Shown here in pieces: positions 1 through 11,958 of a DNA stretch of 64,000 bases. The DNA is from Alphaproteobacteria bacterium (GTDB taxonomy: Bacteria > Pseudomonadota > Alphaproteobacteria > UBA828): assembly GCA_965220745.1 (NCBI GenBank), contig CBDCQT010000007.1, forward strand, positions 224,001 through 288,000, read 5' to 3'. Below the pieces are notes generated by a model that was given only the letters and a program-made list of their open reading frames with translations, was not told where the DNA came from and made no database searches. The position numbers and the translations under genes were made by a program. How positions within the stretch are numbered: the first letter of the stretch is position 1; each line of letters begins with the position of its first letter.

Positions 1-2
1 CC

Positions 3-299
3 TTTCTGCGCCAACTCGAACCCTATCGCGAGATCGGCGGCTATCTCTTCGTCCATGCCGGCATCCGGCCGGGTGTGCCGCTCGCCGAGCAGGCCACCGA
101 CGACTTCTATTGGATTCGCGACGCCTTCCTGCACTCCAACGCAGATCACGGCCATGTCGTCGTGCATGGCCACACGATTGCGAACGAAGCGCAGGTCTGC
201 CCCAACCGCATCGGCATCGACACGGGCGCCTTCGCGACAAACGTGCTGACCTGCCTCGTGCTGGGGGCGGACCGCTATCGCCTGATTCAGACTGCGTGA
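3..299 (+). CDS. Serine/threonine protein phosphatase-type metallophosphoesterase, 3' fragment (runs off the window start)
   Basis: Open frame from base 3 reads YLFVHAGIRPGVPL...WIR...VVHGHT...RIGIDTGA, the C-terminal motifs of PrpA/ApaH-like metallophosphoesterases. Confidence 0.85.
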   Translation, partial: FLRQLEPYREIGGYLFVHAGIRPGVPLAEQATDDFYWIRDAFLHSNADHGHVVVHGHTIANEAQVCPNRIGIDTGAFATNVLTCLVLGADRYRLIQTA

Positions 300-321
300 G
301 TGAGGGGCAGCGGCGTGCGGC

Positions 322-888
322 CTATTCGGTCGGCAGCTCCGCCGGGTCGGCGCTCAGGGAGCGGAGATAGGCGAGCACGTTTCCGCGGTCGCCGTCCTTG
401 GAGACTCCCTTGAAGGCCATCTTGGTGCCGGGCACGTTGCCCTTGGGGTCGGCGATGAATGCGCTCAGGCGTTCGAAGTCCCAGACGCCGTCCAGCTCCG
501 CCATGGCGCCGGAGTAGTTGAAGCCCTCGTGGGTCGCGATTGGCCGGTTCACGATGTTCCAGAGATTGGGGCCGACCTTGTTCTTGCCGCCGTCGTCGAC
601 GGTGTGACAGGCGGCGCACTTCTTGAAGACCTTCTGCCCCTTGGCGGGGTCGGCATCGGCCAGCAGCTCGGCCAGTGACATCGCCGGCATCTCGGGTTCG
701 TCCGCCACGGCCTCGTCGTGCATGGCGTCGTCCTGCTCAAGGCCCGCGACCACGTAGTGGATCACCCGCTCATGGTGGCCATGTTCGAGTTTGCCGAAGG
801 CGGCGAGCGAGATGAGCCACGCCGTCATCGCGGTCAGACCCGCAAAGAGGATCGCGCCGAAGACCTTGTTCAGCTCGTAGGTGTTCAT
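322..888 (-). CDS. cycM: Membrane-anchored class I cytochrome c (CycM/cytochrome c2-like)
   Basis: N-terminal TM helix (MNTYELNKVFGAILF...), heme motif CAACH, GPNLW, and distal Met in PGTKMAF. Divergent from kdsB, as is usual in alphaproteobacteria. Confidence 0.88.
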   Translation of the reverse strand: MNTYELNKVFGAILFAGLTAMTAWLISLAAFGKLEHGHHERVIHYVVAGLEQDDAMHDEAVADEPEMPAMSLAELLADADPAKGQKVFKKCAACHTVDDGGKNKVGPNLWNIVNRPIATHEGFNYSGAMAELDGVWDFERLSAFIADPKGNVPGTKMAFKGVSKDGDRGNVLAYLRSLSADPAELPTE

Positions 889-1078
889 GCCGCCCGTTGA
901 AGTGGGTGGAACCGGGTCGTCGAAAGCCGACGGGGCGCGAGATTAGCCGCTTCAACCGGCCATGTCCAACCATCCTCCGGCCCTTCGAGCACCGCCCTCG
1001 ACAAGAGCCGCCCGGCGGCTTATCTCGCACACGAATGAAGGTGCAAACGAAGACGAACATGGGGGCGAGGGGCGGCCG

Positions 1079-1852
1079 ATGAGCGCCTCGGCCGCCACGC
1101 GCCCGCCGCCCCGGAACCCAATCGTGCTGATTCCGGCGCGCATGGCCTCGACCCGGCTTCCCGGCAAGCCGCTTGCCGACATCGCCGGCCGGCCGATGAT
1201 CGTGCGCGTGCTGGAGAGGGCCGAGGCCGCGGCCATCGGCCCCGTAGTGGTCGCCTGCGCCGAGCCCATCATTGCAAAGGCGGTCGAGGGCGCGGGAGGG
1301 CGCGCGGTATTGACCGACCCCGATCACCCGTCCGGCTCCGACCGAGTTTTCGAGGCGCTGCAGGCCATCGACCCGGCGGGCGAACACGACGCGGTGGTCA
1401 ACCTGCAGGGCGATCTGCCCACCCTCGACCCGGCTTTGCCGGCGCGCTCGCTCGCGCTCCTGGCCGATCCTGCCGTCGATATCGGCACGCTCGCGGCAGA
1501 GATCGTCGACCCGGCGGAGCGCGACGATCCCAGCGTGGTCAAGGCCGTGGTCTCGCGAGAGCCTGCGAGCGCTCACGGCCGGGCCCTCTACTTCACCCGC
1601 GCGACCGCGCCCTCGGGCGGAGGTCCGCTCTGGCACCATATCGGCCTTTACGCCTACCGGCGCGAGGCGCTCGCCCGCTTCGTCGCGCTCCCGCCGAGCC
1701 CATTAGAGCGCCGCGAGCGGCTGGAGCAACTCCGCGCGCTCGAGGACGGGATGCGCATCGAGGTCGCGTTCGTGGACACGGTCCCGCTGGGCGTCGATAC
1801 CCCGGCGCAGCTCGAGCAGGCACGAGCGCTAGTCTCCGGCAACCTGGAGTAA
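1079..1852 (+). CDS. kdsB: 3-deoxy-manno-octulosonate cytidylyltransferase
   Basis: [33 protein letters not shown] and LEQLRAL motifs. Start placed at ATG 1079 rather than the ORF-track start at 962. Confidence 0.95.
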   Translation: MSASAATRPPPRNPIVLIPARMASTRLPGKPLADIAGRPMIVRVLERAEAAAIGPVVVACAEPIIAKAVEGAGGRAVLTDPDHPSGSDRVFEALQAIDPAGEHDAVVNLQGDLPTLDPALPARSLALLADPAVDIGTLAAEIVDPAERDDPSVVKAVVSREPASAHGRALYFTRATAPSGGGPLWHHIGLYAYRREALARFVALPPSPLERRERLEQLRALEDGMRIEVAFVDTVPLGVDTPAQLEQARALVSGNLE

Positions 1853-1859
1853 AGAAGAG

Positions 1860-2396
1860 ATGATGGAGCAAGTCCTCTCCTTCTGGTTCGAACGCCATGG
1901 CCCCGATCAGTGGTGGGCCAAGAACCCCGCCTTCGACGAGGAGATCCGCACCGAGTTCGGTGCCCTCCATGCCAGCGCAGCGCTCGGCGAGCTGCACGAA
2001 TGGCGCGAGGCGTCGGAGGGCCGCCTTGCCGAGATCATCGTGCTCGACCAGTTCTCCAGGAATCTCTACCGCGAGGACCCGCGCGCCTTCGCCTGCGACG
2101 GCATGGCGCTCGCGCTAGCGCAAGAGGCGGTGCGCATCGGCGCCGACAAGGCGCTGCCGCTGGAGCGTCGGCACTTCTTCTATCTGCCCTACGAGCACAG
2201 CGAATCGCCCCGCATCCATGAAATCGCCGTCACCCTCTTCGAATCACTCGACGATCCCGAGAGCCTGAAATACGAGCTGCAGCACAAGGCGATCGTCGAC
2301 CGTTTCGGGCGTTATCCGCACCGCAACAAGGCGCTCTCGCGCCCCTCCACGGCCGAGGAAATCGCCTTCCTCAAGACCCCCAACTCCTCATTCTGA
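1860..2396 (+). CDS. DUF924 family protein
   Basis: LAEIIVLDQFSRN, FYLPYEHSE and IVDRFGRYPHRN are characteristic of DUF924. Confidence 0.9.
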   Translation: MMEQVLSFWFERHGPDQWWAKNPAFDEEIRTEFGALHASAALGELHEWREASEGRLAEIIVLDQFSRNLYREDPRAFACDGMALALAQEAVRIGADKALPLERRHFFYLPYEHSESPRIHEIAVTLFESLDDPESLKYELQHKAIVDRFGRYPHRNKALSRPSTAEEIAFLKTPNSSF

Positions 2397-2413
2397 GCCT
2401 TGCGAGCGCGCGG

Positions 2414-2442
2414 TTGACGCTCACCCCGGCGGGGGGCATGTT
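2414..2442 (+). promoter_or_regulatory. Putative sigma70 promoter for the tkt-gap-pgk operon
   Basis: TTGACG (2414-2419), 17-nt spacer, CATGTT (2437-2442), about 45 nt upstream of tkt. Confidence 0.5.
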
Positions 2443-2486
2443 GCGCCCACTTTTCGGCGCGACGGCGCGGCACAGGACGGAAGCCC

Positions 2487-4502
2487 ATGCCTTCCACAAT
2501 GGCTGAAGGGCGCGCACCGCGCGTCGATCACGCGGACATGGCGAACGCCATCCGCGCCCTTTCGATGGACGCGGTGGAGCAGGCACGCTCCGGGCATCCC
2601 GGTATGCCGCTCGGCCTTGCCGACGTCGCGACCGTGCTCTTCGGCCGCTTCCTCAAGTTCGATCCCGCGCGCCCCGACTGGCCCGACCGGGACCGCTTCG
2701 TTCTCTCGAACGGTCACGGCTCGATGCTGCTCTATTCGTTGCTCTACCTCACCGGCTATCCGGACATCGACATCGACGAGATCCGCAACTTCCGCCAGCT
2801 CGGCAGCCGCACGGCGGGCCATCCGGAGTACGGCCTCGCCGCTGGGATCGAGACCACGACCGGCCCCCTGGGCCAGGGTCTCGCCAACGCGGTCGGCATG
2901 GCCTTGGCAGAGCGCAGCATGGCGGCGCGCTTCGGCGCGGACCTGGTGGATCACCACACCTACGTCGTCTGCGGCGACGGGTGCCTGATGGAAGGCATCA
3001 GCCAGGAGGCGATCTCGCTCGCCGGTCACCTGCAGCTCGACCGCCTAATCGTGCTCTACGATTCGAACGATATCTCCATTGACGGCCCCACCAGCCTCTC
3101 CTGCTCCGACGACGCCCGGGCGCGCTTCGAGTCCGCCGGCTGGCACACGCAACGCATTGACGGCCACGATCCTGACGCGGTGGCGGCGGCCATCGCCGCA
3201 GCCAAAGCCGAGCCCCGGCCCTCGATGATCGAGTGCCGCACGGTGATCGGCTACGGCGCGCCGACCAAGGCCGGCACTGCCGCGAGCCACGGCGCGCCGC
3301 TTGGAACTGACGAGATCGCGGGCACCCGCGAGGCGCTGGGCTGGCCGCACGCGCCCTTCACGGTGCCCGACGCAGTCCTTGCCGCCTGGCGTGCCCTTGG
3401 CGAGCGGGGCAGGGAGGCGCGGGTAGCCTGGGAGGCATGCCGCGCCGCCCTCGACGAGGGCCGCCGGGCCGAGTTCGACGGCGCCGCCGCGGGCGCGCTG
3501 CCCCCGGCGCTCGCGGAGGCTCTCGCAGGCCTGAAGGCCACGTTCGCCGAGGAGCGCCCCACCATTGCCACCAGGGTCGCCAACAAGCGGGTCATCGGCT
3601 CTATCGCCGACGCCCTGCCGTCCCTCATCGGCGGCTCGGCCGACCTCACCGGCTCCAACGGCACCAAGAGCGACGAGTTGACCCCAATCACGCCCGGCGA
3701 CTACGGCGGCCGCTACCTATATTACGGGGTGCGCGAGCACGCCATGGGCGCGGTGATGAACGGCATGGCGCTGCACGGCGGGGTCATCCCCTTCGGCGGC
3801 ACCTTCCTCACCTTCACCGACTATTGCCGGCCGGCGATCCGGCTTTCCGCGCTCATGGAGCTCCGCGTCATCTACGTGATGACCCACGATTCCATCGGCC
3901 TCGGGGAGGACGGACCGACCCATCAGCCGATCGAGCACTTAGCCAGCCTACGGGCCATGCCCAACCTGCTTCTCTTCCGGCCGGCCGATGCCATCGAGAC
4001 GGCAGAATGCTGGGAGCTCGCCCTGGCCAACGCCGAACGCCCCTCGGTACTCGCGCTGACGCGGCAAGGCGTGCCCTATCTGCGGTCGGCCGAGAACGGC
4101 TCCGGGAACGCCTGCGCGCGCGGCGGCTACGTGTTGCACGAGGCGTCGTCAGGGACACCGCAAGTCGTGCTGCTCGCCACAGGATCGGAGTGCGCGATCG
4201 CCGACGAGGCAAGGCAGACGCTGGAGGCCGACAGCGTGCCGACACGGCTGGTCTCGCTTCCCTGCTGGGAGCTGTTCGACGAGCAGGAGCCCGCCTACCG
4301 CGAGAGCGTGCTGGGCGGCACCGACGCGCTGCGGGTTGCGGTCGAGGCCGCGAGCCCGCTCGGCTGGGAGCGCTATGTGGGCGCCTGCGGCACCGTCGTC
4401 GGGATGCGGAGTTTTGGCGGCTCGGCGCCCGCTAAGGACCTTTACGCTCACTTCGGCATCACGGCGGAGGCCGTGGTCACAGCGGTAAAGGCGCGGCTTT
4501 AA
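2487..4502 (+). CDS. tkt: Transketolase
   Basis: [15 protein letters not shown], ThDP motif GDGCLMEG...[22 protein letters not shown]. Start could be ATG 2499. Confidence 0.98.
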   Translation: MPSTMAEGRAPRVDHADMANAIRALSMDAVEQARSGHPGMPLGLADVATVLFGRFLKFDPARPDWPDRDRFVLSNGHGSMLLYSLLYLTGYPDIDIDEIRNFRQLGSRTAGHPEYGLAAGIETTTGPLGQGLANAVGMALAERSMAARFGADLVDHHTYVVCGDGCLMEGISQEAISLAGHLQLDRLIVLYDSNDISIDGPTSLSCSDDARARFESAGWHTQRIDGHDPDAVAAAIAAAKAEPRPSMIECRTVIGYGAPTKAGTAASHGAPLGTDEIAGTREALGWPHAPFTVPDAVLAAWRALGERGREARVAWEACRAALDEGRRAEFDGAAAGALPPALAEALAGLKATFAEERPTIATRVANKRVIGSIADALPSLIGGSADLTGSNGTKSDELTPITPGDYGGRYLYYGVREHAMGAVMNGMALHGGVIPFGGTFLTFTDYCRPAIRLSALMELRVIYVMTHDSIGLGEDGPTHQPIEHLASLRAMPNLLLFRPADAIETAECWELALANAERPSVLALTRQGVPYLRSAENGSGNACARGGYVLHEASSGTPQVVLLATGSECAIADEARQTLEADSVPTRLVSLPCWELFDEQEPAYRESVLGGTDALRVAVEAASPLGWERYVGACGTVVGMRSFGGSAPAKDLYAHFGITAEAVVTAVKARL

Positions 4503-4567
4503 AGCGCTCGGGACCGCCGCAGGCCGAGCCGATAGCAAGACGCGACATCTCATACATCGGAGGGATC

Positions 4568-5572
4568 ATGACGGTTCGCATCGCCATCAACGGCTTCGGG
4601 CGGATCGGCCGCAACATCTTGCGCGCCATTCACGAATCCGGCCGCACCGATCTCACCGTCGTCGCCCTCAACGACTTGGGTGACGTGGAGACCAACGCCC
4701 ACCTGCTGCGCTACGATTCGGTCCACGGGCGCTTCCCCGGCACCGTCGAGGTGGCGGAGGGCTCCATCGACATCGGCGCAGGACCGATCAAGGTGCTGCG
4801 CGAGCGCGACCCCGCCCGGCTGCCCTGGGCCGACCTCGGCATCGACGTGGCGCTGGAGTGCACCGGGATCTTTACCGCGCGCGAGAAGGCCGCGGCACAT
4901 CTGGAGGCCGGCGCCCGCGCGGTCCTGATCTCGGCCCCCGGCACGGACTCCGACCTCACGGTGGTCTACGGCGTCAATCACACCGCGCTCACGCCAGAGC
5001 ACCGCATCGTCTCCAACGCGTCCTGCACCACCAACTGCCTCGCGCCGGTCGCCTCGGTGCTGCACGAGGCCATCGGGATCGAGAGCGGCTTCATGACTAC
5101 GGTGCACGCCTACACGCTGGATCAGCCGGTGCTCGACACGCTGCACAAGGACCTCCGACGGGCACGCGGTGCGGCGGGCTCGATGATCCCGACTTCCACC
5201 GGCGCTGCGCGCGCCGTGGGCCTCGTGCTCCCCGCGCTCGCCGGCAAGCTGGACGGCACCGCGGTTCGCGTGCCGACCGCCAACGTCTCGATGGTCGATC
5301 TCAACTTCGTCGCCCGGCGGGCGACCTCCGTGGCCGAGATCAACGAGACCGTGGCGAGCGCCGCCGCCGGCGCCATGGCGGGCGTGCTGGCCTACAGCGA
5401 GGAGCCGCTGGTCTCGGTCGACTTCAACCATCGGCCGGAAAGCTCGATCGTCGATGCCGGGCAGACCGCCGTCGTCGATGGCACGCTCGGCCGCGTGCTC
5501 TCCTGGTACGACAACGAATGGGGCTTCTCGAACCGGATGGGCGATGTCGCCGCCCATCTCGGCAATCTGTGA
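4568..5572 (+). CDS. gap: Type I glyceraldehyde-3-phosphate dehydrogenase
   Basis: [17 protein letters not shown] active site, [16 protein letters not shown] upstream. Confidence 0.98.
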   Translation: MTVRIAINGFGRIGRNILRAIHESGRTDLTVVALNDLGDVETNAHLLRYDSVHGRFPGTVEVAEGSIDIGAGPIKVLRERDPARLPWADLGIDVALECTGIFTAREKAAAHLEAGARAVLISAPGTDSDLTVVYGVNHTALTPEHRIVSNASCTTNCLAPVASVLHEAIGIESGFMTTVHAYTLDQPVLDTLHKDLRRARGAAGSMIPTSTGAARAVGLVLPALAGKLDGTAVRVPTANVSMVDLNFVARRATSVAEINETVASAAAGAMAGVLAYSEEPLVSVDFNHRPESSIVDAGQTAVVDGTLGRVLSWYDNEWGFSNRMGDVAAHLGNL

Positions 5573-5609
5573 CAGAGCCCGCGCAACCCTCCAGCCTGGG
5601 GCTCGCGGC

Positions 5610-6814
<1,205 letters not shown>

Positions 6815-6818
<4 letters not shown>

Positions 6819-7249
6819 GCGGACGGCGGCCCGCGATCGTCGTGCACGATCTCGACCAGGCCATCGGCGCGCTCCGGGCAGCGGCCACGGCTGGGGTGCC
6901 CGTGACGCTCTGGTCCGCACCGGGTGCCGTGTCCTACGCCGGGCTCGGCTTCCTGCGTACGGTGTTCGAGAAGGCCGGGGAGGCGGTGCCGGAGGCCGAC
7001 CACGACGCGGTCGTCGACTGCAGGGGCAGCGCCGTGCTCGCCCACGAGGCGCTGGGCCGGGGCTTCGCCAGCGTCGCCTTCACCGGCCGCGGAACCATGC
7101 GCAAGACCCTCCAAGCCATCGCGGACGGCCAGAACGGCCGGCTGATTACCGCCGGGCCGGGCCGCGGGGCGCTCGACCTCGCCTACTCCGCAGACCCGGA
7201 ACGCGACAGCACCGCCTTTCTTGCGAAACGGCGCGTCAGAGGCTCATAA
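6815..7249 (+). CDS. Small protein resembling a truncated, degenerate class II fructose-bisphosphate aldolase N-terminal half
   Basis: GTGA overlap with the pgk stop. [15 protein letters not shown] and [13 protein letters not shown] resemble class II FBA segments, but the LDH zinc motif reads VDC. Confidence 0.6.
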
Positions 7250-7287
7250 GCTCTGGCAAACGAACTGCGCGTCGGTCAGGATAGGCC

Positions 7288-8208
7288 ATGCGAATCACCC
7301 GGCGCGTCAGAGAAATTCTCTCCTGGTACGAGAGCGACAATCCGGGCACGAAGTCCAACCTCGCCCGGATCTTGATGCACGGCCGCCTTGGCGGCACCGG
7401 GCGCATGGTCATCCTGCCGGTCGATCAGGGCTTCGAGCATGGGCCGGCGCGCAGCTTCGCGCCCAACCCGCCAGCCTATGACCCCCACTACCACTGGCAG
7501 CTCGCCATTGACGCCGGCTTGAATGCATTCGCGAGCCCGCTGGGCATGATCGAGGCGGGCGCCGCAAGCTTCGCTGGCGCGATCCCAACCATCCTCAAGG
7601 TCAACAACGCGAACTCCTTGGGCTCGGCCAAGGATCAGGCGGTGACCGGCTCGGTGCGCGACGCGCTCCGGCTGGGCTGCTCGGCCATCGGCTTCACCAT
7701 CTATCCGGCCTCGGACCATCAGTACGAGATGATCGAGGAGATCCGCGAGCTCGCGGCGGAGGCGAAGGCGCACGGGCTCGCGGTGGTGGTCTGGTCCTAT
7801 CCGCGCGGCGGCGCGCTCTCCAAGGACGGTGAGACCGCGCTCGACGTGGTGGCCTACGCAGCGCACATGGCTGCGCTGGCCGGCGCCCACATCATCAAGG
7901 TCAAGCCGCCGACCGCCCATCTGGAGCAGGAGGCCGCCGCCAAGGCCTACACCGCCGCAGGTGTCGACGGCGAGACGCTGGAGAAGCGCATCGCCCACAT
8001 CATGCAGTCGGCCTTCGCCGGCCGCCGGCTCGTTGTCTTCTCCGGCGGCGCCGCGAAGGGGCTGGAGGGCCTCTTCGGCGAGGTGCGCGCGATCCATGCG
8101 GGCGGCGGCAGCGGCTCGATCATCGGCCGCAACAGCTTCCAGCGCCCGCGCTCCAACGCGCTCGCCATGCTGGACACCGTCATCGGCATATACCGGGGCA
8201 AGGGGTAG
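7288..8208 (+). CDS. fbaB: Class I fructose-bisphosphate aldolase (DhnA/FbaB type)
   Basis: ILPVDQGFEHGP, WSYPRG, GAHIIKVK (Schiff-base Lys), VVFSGG, IIGRNSFQR. Confidence 0.95.
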   Translation: MRITRRVREILSWYESDNPGTKSNLARILMHGRLGGTGRMVILPVDQGFEHGPARSFAPNPPAYDPHYHWQLAIDAGLNAFASPLGMIEAGAASFAGAIPTILKVNNANSLGSAKDQAVTGSVRDALRLGCSAIGFTIYPASDHQYEMIEEIRELAAEAKAHGLAVVVWSYPRGGALSKDGETALDVVAYAAHMAALAGAHIIKVKPPTAHLEQEAAAKAYTAAGVDGETLEKRIAHIMQSAFAGRRLVVFSGGAAKGLEGLFGEVRAIHAGGGSGSIIGRNSFQRPRSNALAMLDTVIGIYRGKG

Positions 8209-8274
8209 TTCAGTACCGCCGGCCTCCGTCGGAATCGGTGGCGCCGCTCGCCGTCGGCGCCTATAACCCCGCCC

Positions 8275-9096
8275 ATGACGGGGCTTCCCTTCACAAAAAT
8301 GCACGGGCTCGGCAACGACTTCGTCGTGTTCGACGCACGCCAGGCGCCGCTCGCGCTGGACGGCGCGCGTGTGCGCGCCATCGCCGACCGGCGCACCGGC
8401 GTCGGCTGCGATCAACTGGTCGTCCTGGAAGCGCCGCGCAACGGCGGCACCGACGCCCACCTGCGCTTCTGGAACCAGGATGGCGGCGAGGTCGCGGCCT
8501 GCGGCAACGGCACCCGCTGCGCGGCCCGGCTGCTGCTGGACGAGACCGGCGCGGACCGCGTGGTCCTGGAGACCGATGCCGGGCCGCTTGCCGCCCACGA
8601 GGCCGGCGCAGGCCAGGTGCGCGTCGACATGGGACCGGCGCGGCTCGGCTGGCGCGAGATTCCCTTGTCCCGCGCGATGGACACGCTCCACGTCGCGGTC
8701 GGCGCCGGGTCGCTCTTGGACGCCGTAGCGGTCAACATGGGCAACCCGCACGCGGTGTTCTTCGTGGACGATGCGGAGGCCGTGCCGCTGGCCGAGATCG
8801 GCCCCGGCCTGGAGAACGATCCGCTCTTCCCCGAGCGCGCGAATATCGGGGTGGCCCAGCGCCTCGCCGATGACCGCCTGCGGCTCCGGGTGTGGGAGCG
8901 GGGCGTGGGCCTCACCCAGGCCTGCGGCACCGGCGCCTGCGCCGCGGCGGTCGCCGGCGCGCGGCGCGGGCTCACCGAACGCGATGTCACCGTCGTCCTC
9001 GACGGTGGCGAACTGGGGATCGTCTGGCGCGAAGACGGCCATGTCGAGATGACCGGCCCTACCGCCGCGAGCTTCACGGGCGTGCTGCCGGCATGA
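8275..9096 (+). CDS. dapF: Diaminopimelate epimerase
   Basis: KMHGLGNDF, ACGNGTRC, MGNPH, WERGVGLTQACGTGAC. Confidence 0.97.
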   Translation: MTGLPFTKMHGLGNDFVVFDARQAPLALDGARVRAIADRRTGVGCDQLVVLEAPRNGGTDAHLRFWNQDGGEVAACGNGTRCAARLLLDETGADRVVLETDAGPLAAHEAGAGQVRVDMGPARLGWREIPLSRAMDTLHVAVGAGSLLDAVAVNMGNPHAVFFVDDAEAVPLAEIGPGLENDPLFPERANIGVAQRLADDRLRLRVWERGVGLTQACGTGACAAAVAGARRGLTERDVTVVLDGGELGIVWREDGHVEMTGPTAASFTGVLPA

Positions 9097-10340
9097 GCGG
9101 GCTCGAGGTCATCACCATGGGCTGCCGGCTCAATGCCTACGAGTCAGAGGTCATGCGCGGCCGTGCGCGTGCTGCGGGGCTCACCGAGGGCATCATCGTC
9201 AACACCTGCGCGGTCACGGGCGAGGCCGAGCGCCAGGCGCGCCAGGCGATCCGCCGCGCGCGCCGGCACAACCCCGATGCCACCATCATCGCCACCGGCT
9301 GCGCCGCCCAGCTGGACCCCGCAGGCTATGCCGCGATGCCCGAGGTCGACCGGGTCATCGGCAACCGGGAGAAGCTCACGCTGGAGGGTCTGGCGCCCGG
9401 CGCAGACGCGCCCATCGCGGTCGGCGACATCATGGCGGTGCGCGAGACCGCCGGCCATCTGGTCGCGGGCTACGAGGCGCGCTCGCGCGCCTTCGTTCAG
9501 GTCCAGAACGGCTGCGACCATCGCTGCACCTTCTGCATCATCCCCTTCGCGCGGGGCCCGAGCCGGAGCGTGCCGCTCGGCGCGATTGCGGCCGAGGTGC
9601 GGGCGCTGGTGGCGGCCGGCCATCGCGAGGTGGTGCTGAGCGGCGTCGATCTCGGCCACTACGGCGCCGACCTGCCGGGCCGGCCAAGCCTTGGCGAGGC
9701 GGTGCGCCGCCTGCTCCAGGCGGTGCCGGAGCTGCCGCGCCTCCGCCTTTCCTCCATCGATCCGGTCGAGGTCGACTCGGAACTAGAGCGGCTCTTCGCC
9801 GATGAGCCGCGCCTGATGCCGCACCTCCACCTCAGCATCCAGGCCGGCGACGACATGGTGCTCAAGCGGATGAAGCGCCGCCATAGCCGCGCCGACGTGC
9901 TGGCGCTCTGCGAGCGGCTGCGCGTACTCCGGCCGGAGATCGCCTTCGGTGGCGACCTGATCGCGGGCTTCCCCACCGAGACGGACGCGATGTTCGAGAA
10001 CACGCGGCGCCTGATCGAGGACGCCGGGCTGGTCTGGCTCCACGTCTTCCCCTATTCGCCTCGCCCCGGCACGCCGGCGGCGCGCATGCCCCAGGTGCCG
10101 GGGCCCGAGCGCCGCGCCCGCGCCGCCGCGCTGCGCAGTGCCGCCGAGGGCCCACGCCGACGCTTCCTGCAGGGGCGCATCGGCCATGAGAGCCGCGTGC
10201 TGCTGGAGCAGCCCGAGAGCGGGCGCGACGAGTGCTTCGCCGAGGTCGCGTTCGACCGTCCGGCAGGCGAGCCCGGCACTCTGGTGCAGGCCCGCATCAT
10301 TGGCGTGGCAGGCGATCGCCTGATCGGGACCGCCGCCTGA
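9093..10340 (+). CDS. mtaB: tRNA t6A37 methylthiotransferase (radical SAM)
   Basis: TMGCRLNAYES, NTCAVT, radical SAM motif CDHRCTFC, GFPTET, FPYSPRPGTPA. ATGA overlap with the dapF stop. Confidence 0.93.
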   Translation: MSGLEVITMGCRLNAYESEVMRGRARAAGLTEGIIVNTCAVTGEAERQARQAIRRARRHNPDATIIATGCAAQLDPAGYAAMPEVDRVIGNREKLTLEGLAPGADAPIAVGDIMAVRETAGHLVAGYEARSRAFVQVQNGCDHRCTFCIIPFARGPSRSVPLGAIAAEVRALVAAGHREVVLSGVDLGHYGADLPGRPSLGEAVRRLLQAVPELPRLRLSSIDPVEVDSELERLFADEPRLMPHLHLSIQAGDDMVLKRMKRRHSRADVLALCERLRVLRPEIAFGGDLIAGFPTETDAMFENTRRLIEDAGLVWLHVFPYSPRPGTPAARMPQVPGPERRARAAALRSAAEGPRRRFLQGRIGHESRVLLEQPESGRDECFAEVAFDRPAGEPGTLVQARIIGVAGDRLIGTAA

Positions 10341-11281
10341 TGGCGCGGGAAGAGGGCGGCGGGCGCGGCCTGTTCGCGCGCCTCAAGGCAGGACTCAGAC
10401 GCACCTCCAACAGTCTCACCGGCGGCATCGGGGCCATCTTCACCGGCCGCCGCCTCGACGACGAAGCGCTGGAGGAACTCGAGGAGCTGCTCATCGCGGG
10501 CGATCTCGGCGCGGCGACAGCGGCCGAGCTCACGGCAGAGCTCGCCCAGCAGCGCTTCGGCAAAGAGGTGTCCGCCGCCGAGGTGCGCCAGGCGCTCGCC
10601 GACCAGATCGCCGACTTGCTGGCGCCGGTCGAGGGGACGCTGGCGATTGAGGAGGACGCCAAGCCCCACGTGATCCTGGTGGCCGGCGTCAACGGCACGG
10701 GCAAGACCACCACCATCGGCAAGCTCGCCCAGCGGCTCGGCCGCGACGGGAAGCAAGTCATGCTGGTCGCGGGTGACACCTTCCGCGCCGCCGCCGTGGA
10801 GCAGCTCACGATCTGGGGCGAGCGGGCCGGGTCGCCGGTGGTCGCGCGCCCCGACGGCGGCGATCCCGCCGGCCTCGCCTTCGATGCGCTCGAGCGCGCG
10901 CGGGCGGAAGGCATCGACGTGCTCCTGATCGACACCGCCGGCCGGCTGCAGAACAAGACGCACCTGATGGCCGAGCTGCAGAAGATCGACCGCGTGCTCA
11001 AGAAGCTCGATGAGCGCGCGCCGCACAGCCGCCTCCTGGTGCTCGATGCCACCACCGGCCAGAACGCGCTCAATCAGGTCGATGTCTTCCGCGAGGCCAT
11101 CGCCGTCGACGGCCTGGTCATGACCAAGCTCGACGGCACGGCGAAGGGCGGTGTGCTGGTGGCGCTGGCGCAGCGCTTCGGCGTGCCTGTGGTCGCAATC
11201 GGCATCGGCGAGGGGATCGACGACCTGCGCCCCTTCGAGGCTCGTGCCTTCGCTTCAGCTCTTATGGGGTTGGACGAATAA
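10340..11281 (+). CDS. ftsY: SRP docking protein FtsY
   Basis: GVNGTGKTTT, DTFRAAA, DTAGR, TKLDGTAKGG. TGATG overlap with the mtaB stop. Confidence 0.97.
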   Translation: MAREEGGGRGLFARLKAGLRRTSNSLTGGIGAIFTGRRLDDEALEELEELLIAGDLGAATAAELTAELAQQRFGKEVSAAEVRQALADQIADLLAPVEGTLAIEEDAKPHVILVAGVNGTGKTTTIGKLAQRLGRDGKQVMLVAGDTFRAAAVEQLTIWGERAGSPVVARPDGGDPAGLAFDALERARAEGIDVLLIDTAGRLQNKTHLMAELQKIDRVLKKLDERAPHSRLLVLDATTGQNALNQVDVFREAIAVDGLVMTKLDGTAKGGVLVALAQRFGVPVVAIGIGEGIDDLRPFEARAFASALMGLDE

Positions 11282-11395
11282 CACTTTACCGCTCACGGCA
11301 GCCGGCCTGCGGCCGGCGCCTCCGCGAGGGCGCCGCAGAGCGGCGGGCCGCGGTCGCGGCCTATCGCGAGCCCGTCAGAGACGGCCTCGCTTTAG
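11282..11395. repeat. Structured intergenic repeat, copy A (left-truncated relative to the copy at 57874-58052)
   Basis: Shares the exact 18-mer CGCTCACGGCAGCCGGCC (11290-11307 = 57917-57934) and a colinear series of hairpins with copy B. Lies between convergent ftsY and NUDIX genes. Confidence 0.85.
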
Positions 11396-11958
11396 CGACG
11401 GGCGGGGATGCCCGGCCGGTAGTCGCCGACGTCGCCCACGGGATTGGTGAACGGTGCGAATTCGCCGTTCTCGGGCGCCTCGGCATGGTGGCGGAGCGCC
11501 CAGGTCACCGACGGGAAGGCGAGAGAATCCCACGGAATCTCGTTCGGCTCGAAGAGTTCGACCTCCAGGCTTTCGAACCCCGGCGCGATCTCGGGCCGCA
11601 CGAGGTGCGCCCGGTAGAAGAGCTGCACCAGAGAGATACGGGGGATGGTGTAGACCGCGAGCAGCGCGTCGATCGCGATCTCGGCACAGGCTTCCTCCTC
11701 GGCCTCACGCCGGGCGCCCTCTGCGGGGTCTTCGTGCAGTTCCAGGAAGCCCGCCGGCAGGGTCCAGAAACCGGCCTGCGGCTCGATGGACCGGCGACAG
11801 AGGAGGATGCGCCCTTCCCAGGTCGCGACCGAACCGACGACGATCTTCGGGTTCTCGTAGCGGATGAAGCCGCACGCATCGCAGACCAGGCGCGGCCGGT
11901 CGTCGCCCTCGGGCACCCTGCGCACGATCGGGCCGCCGCTGTTCGGATAGCGCCCCAT
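11392..11958 (-). CDS. NUDIX hydrolase with N-terminal zinc-ribbon-like segment
   Basis: RRVPEGDDRPRLVCDACG, YENPKIVVG, Nudix box GFLELHEDPAEGARREAEEEA. Start set at ATG 11958. Confidence 0.9.
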   Translation of the reverse strand: MGRYPNSGGPIVRRVPEGDDRPRLVCDACGFIRYENPKIVVGSVATWEGRILLCRRSIEPQAGFWTLPAGFLELHEDPAEGARREAEEEACAEIAIDALLAVYTIPRISLVQLFYRAHLVRPEIAPGFESLEVELFEPNEIPWDSLAFPSVTWALRHHAEAPENGEFAPFTNPVGDVGDYRPGIPARR

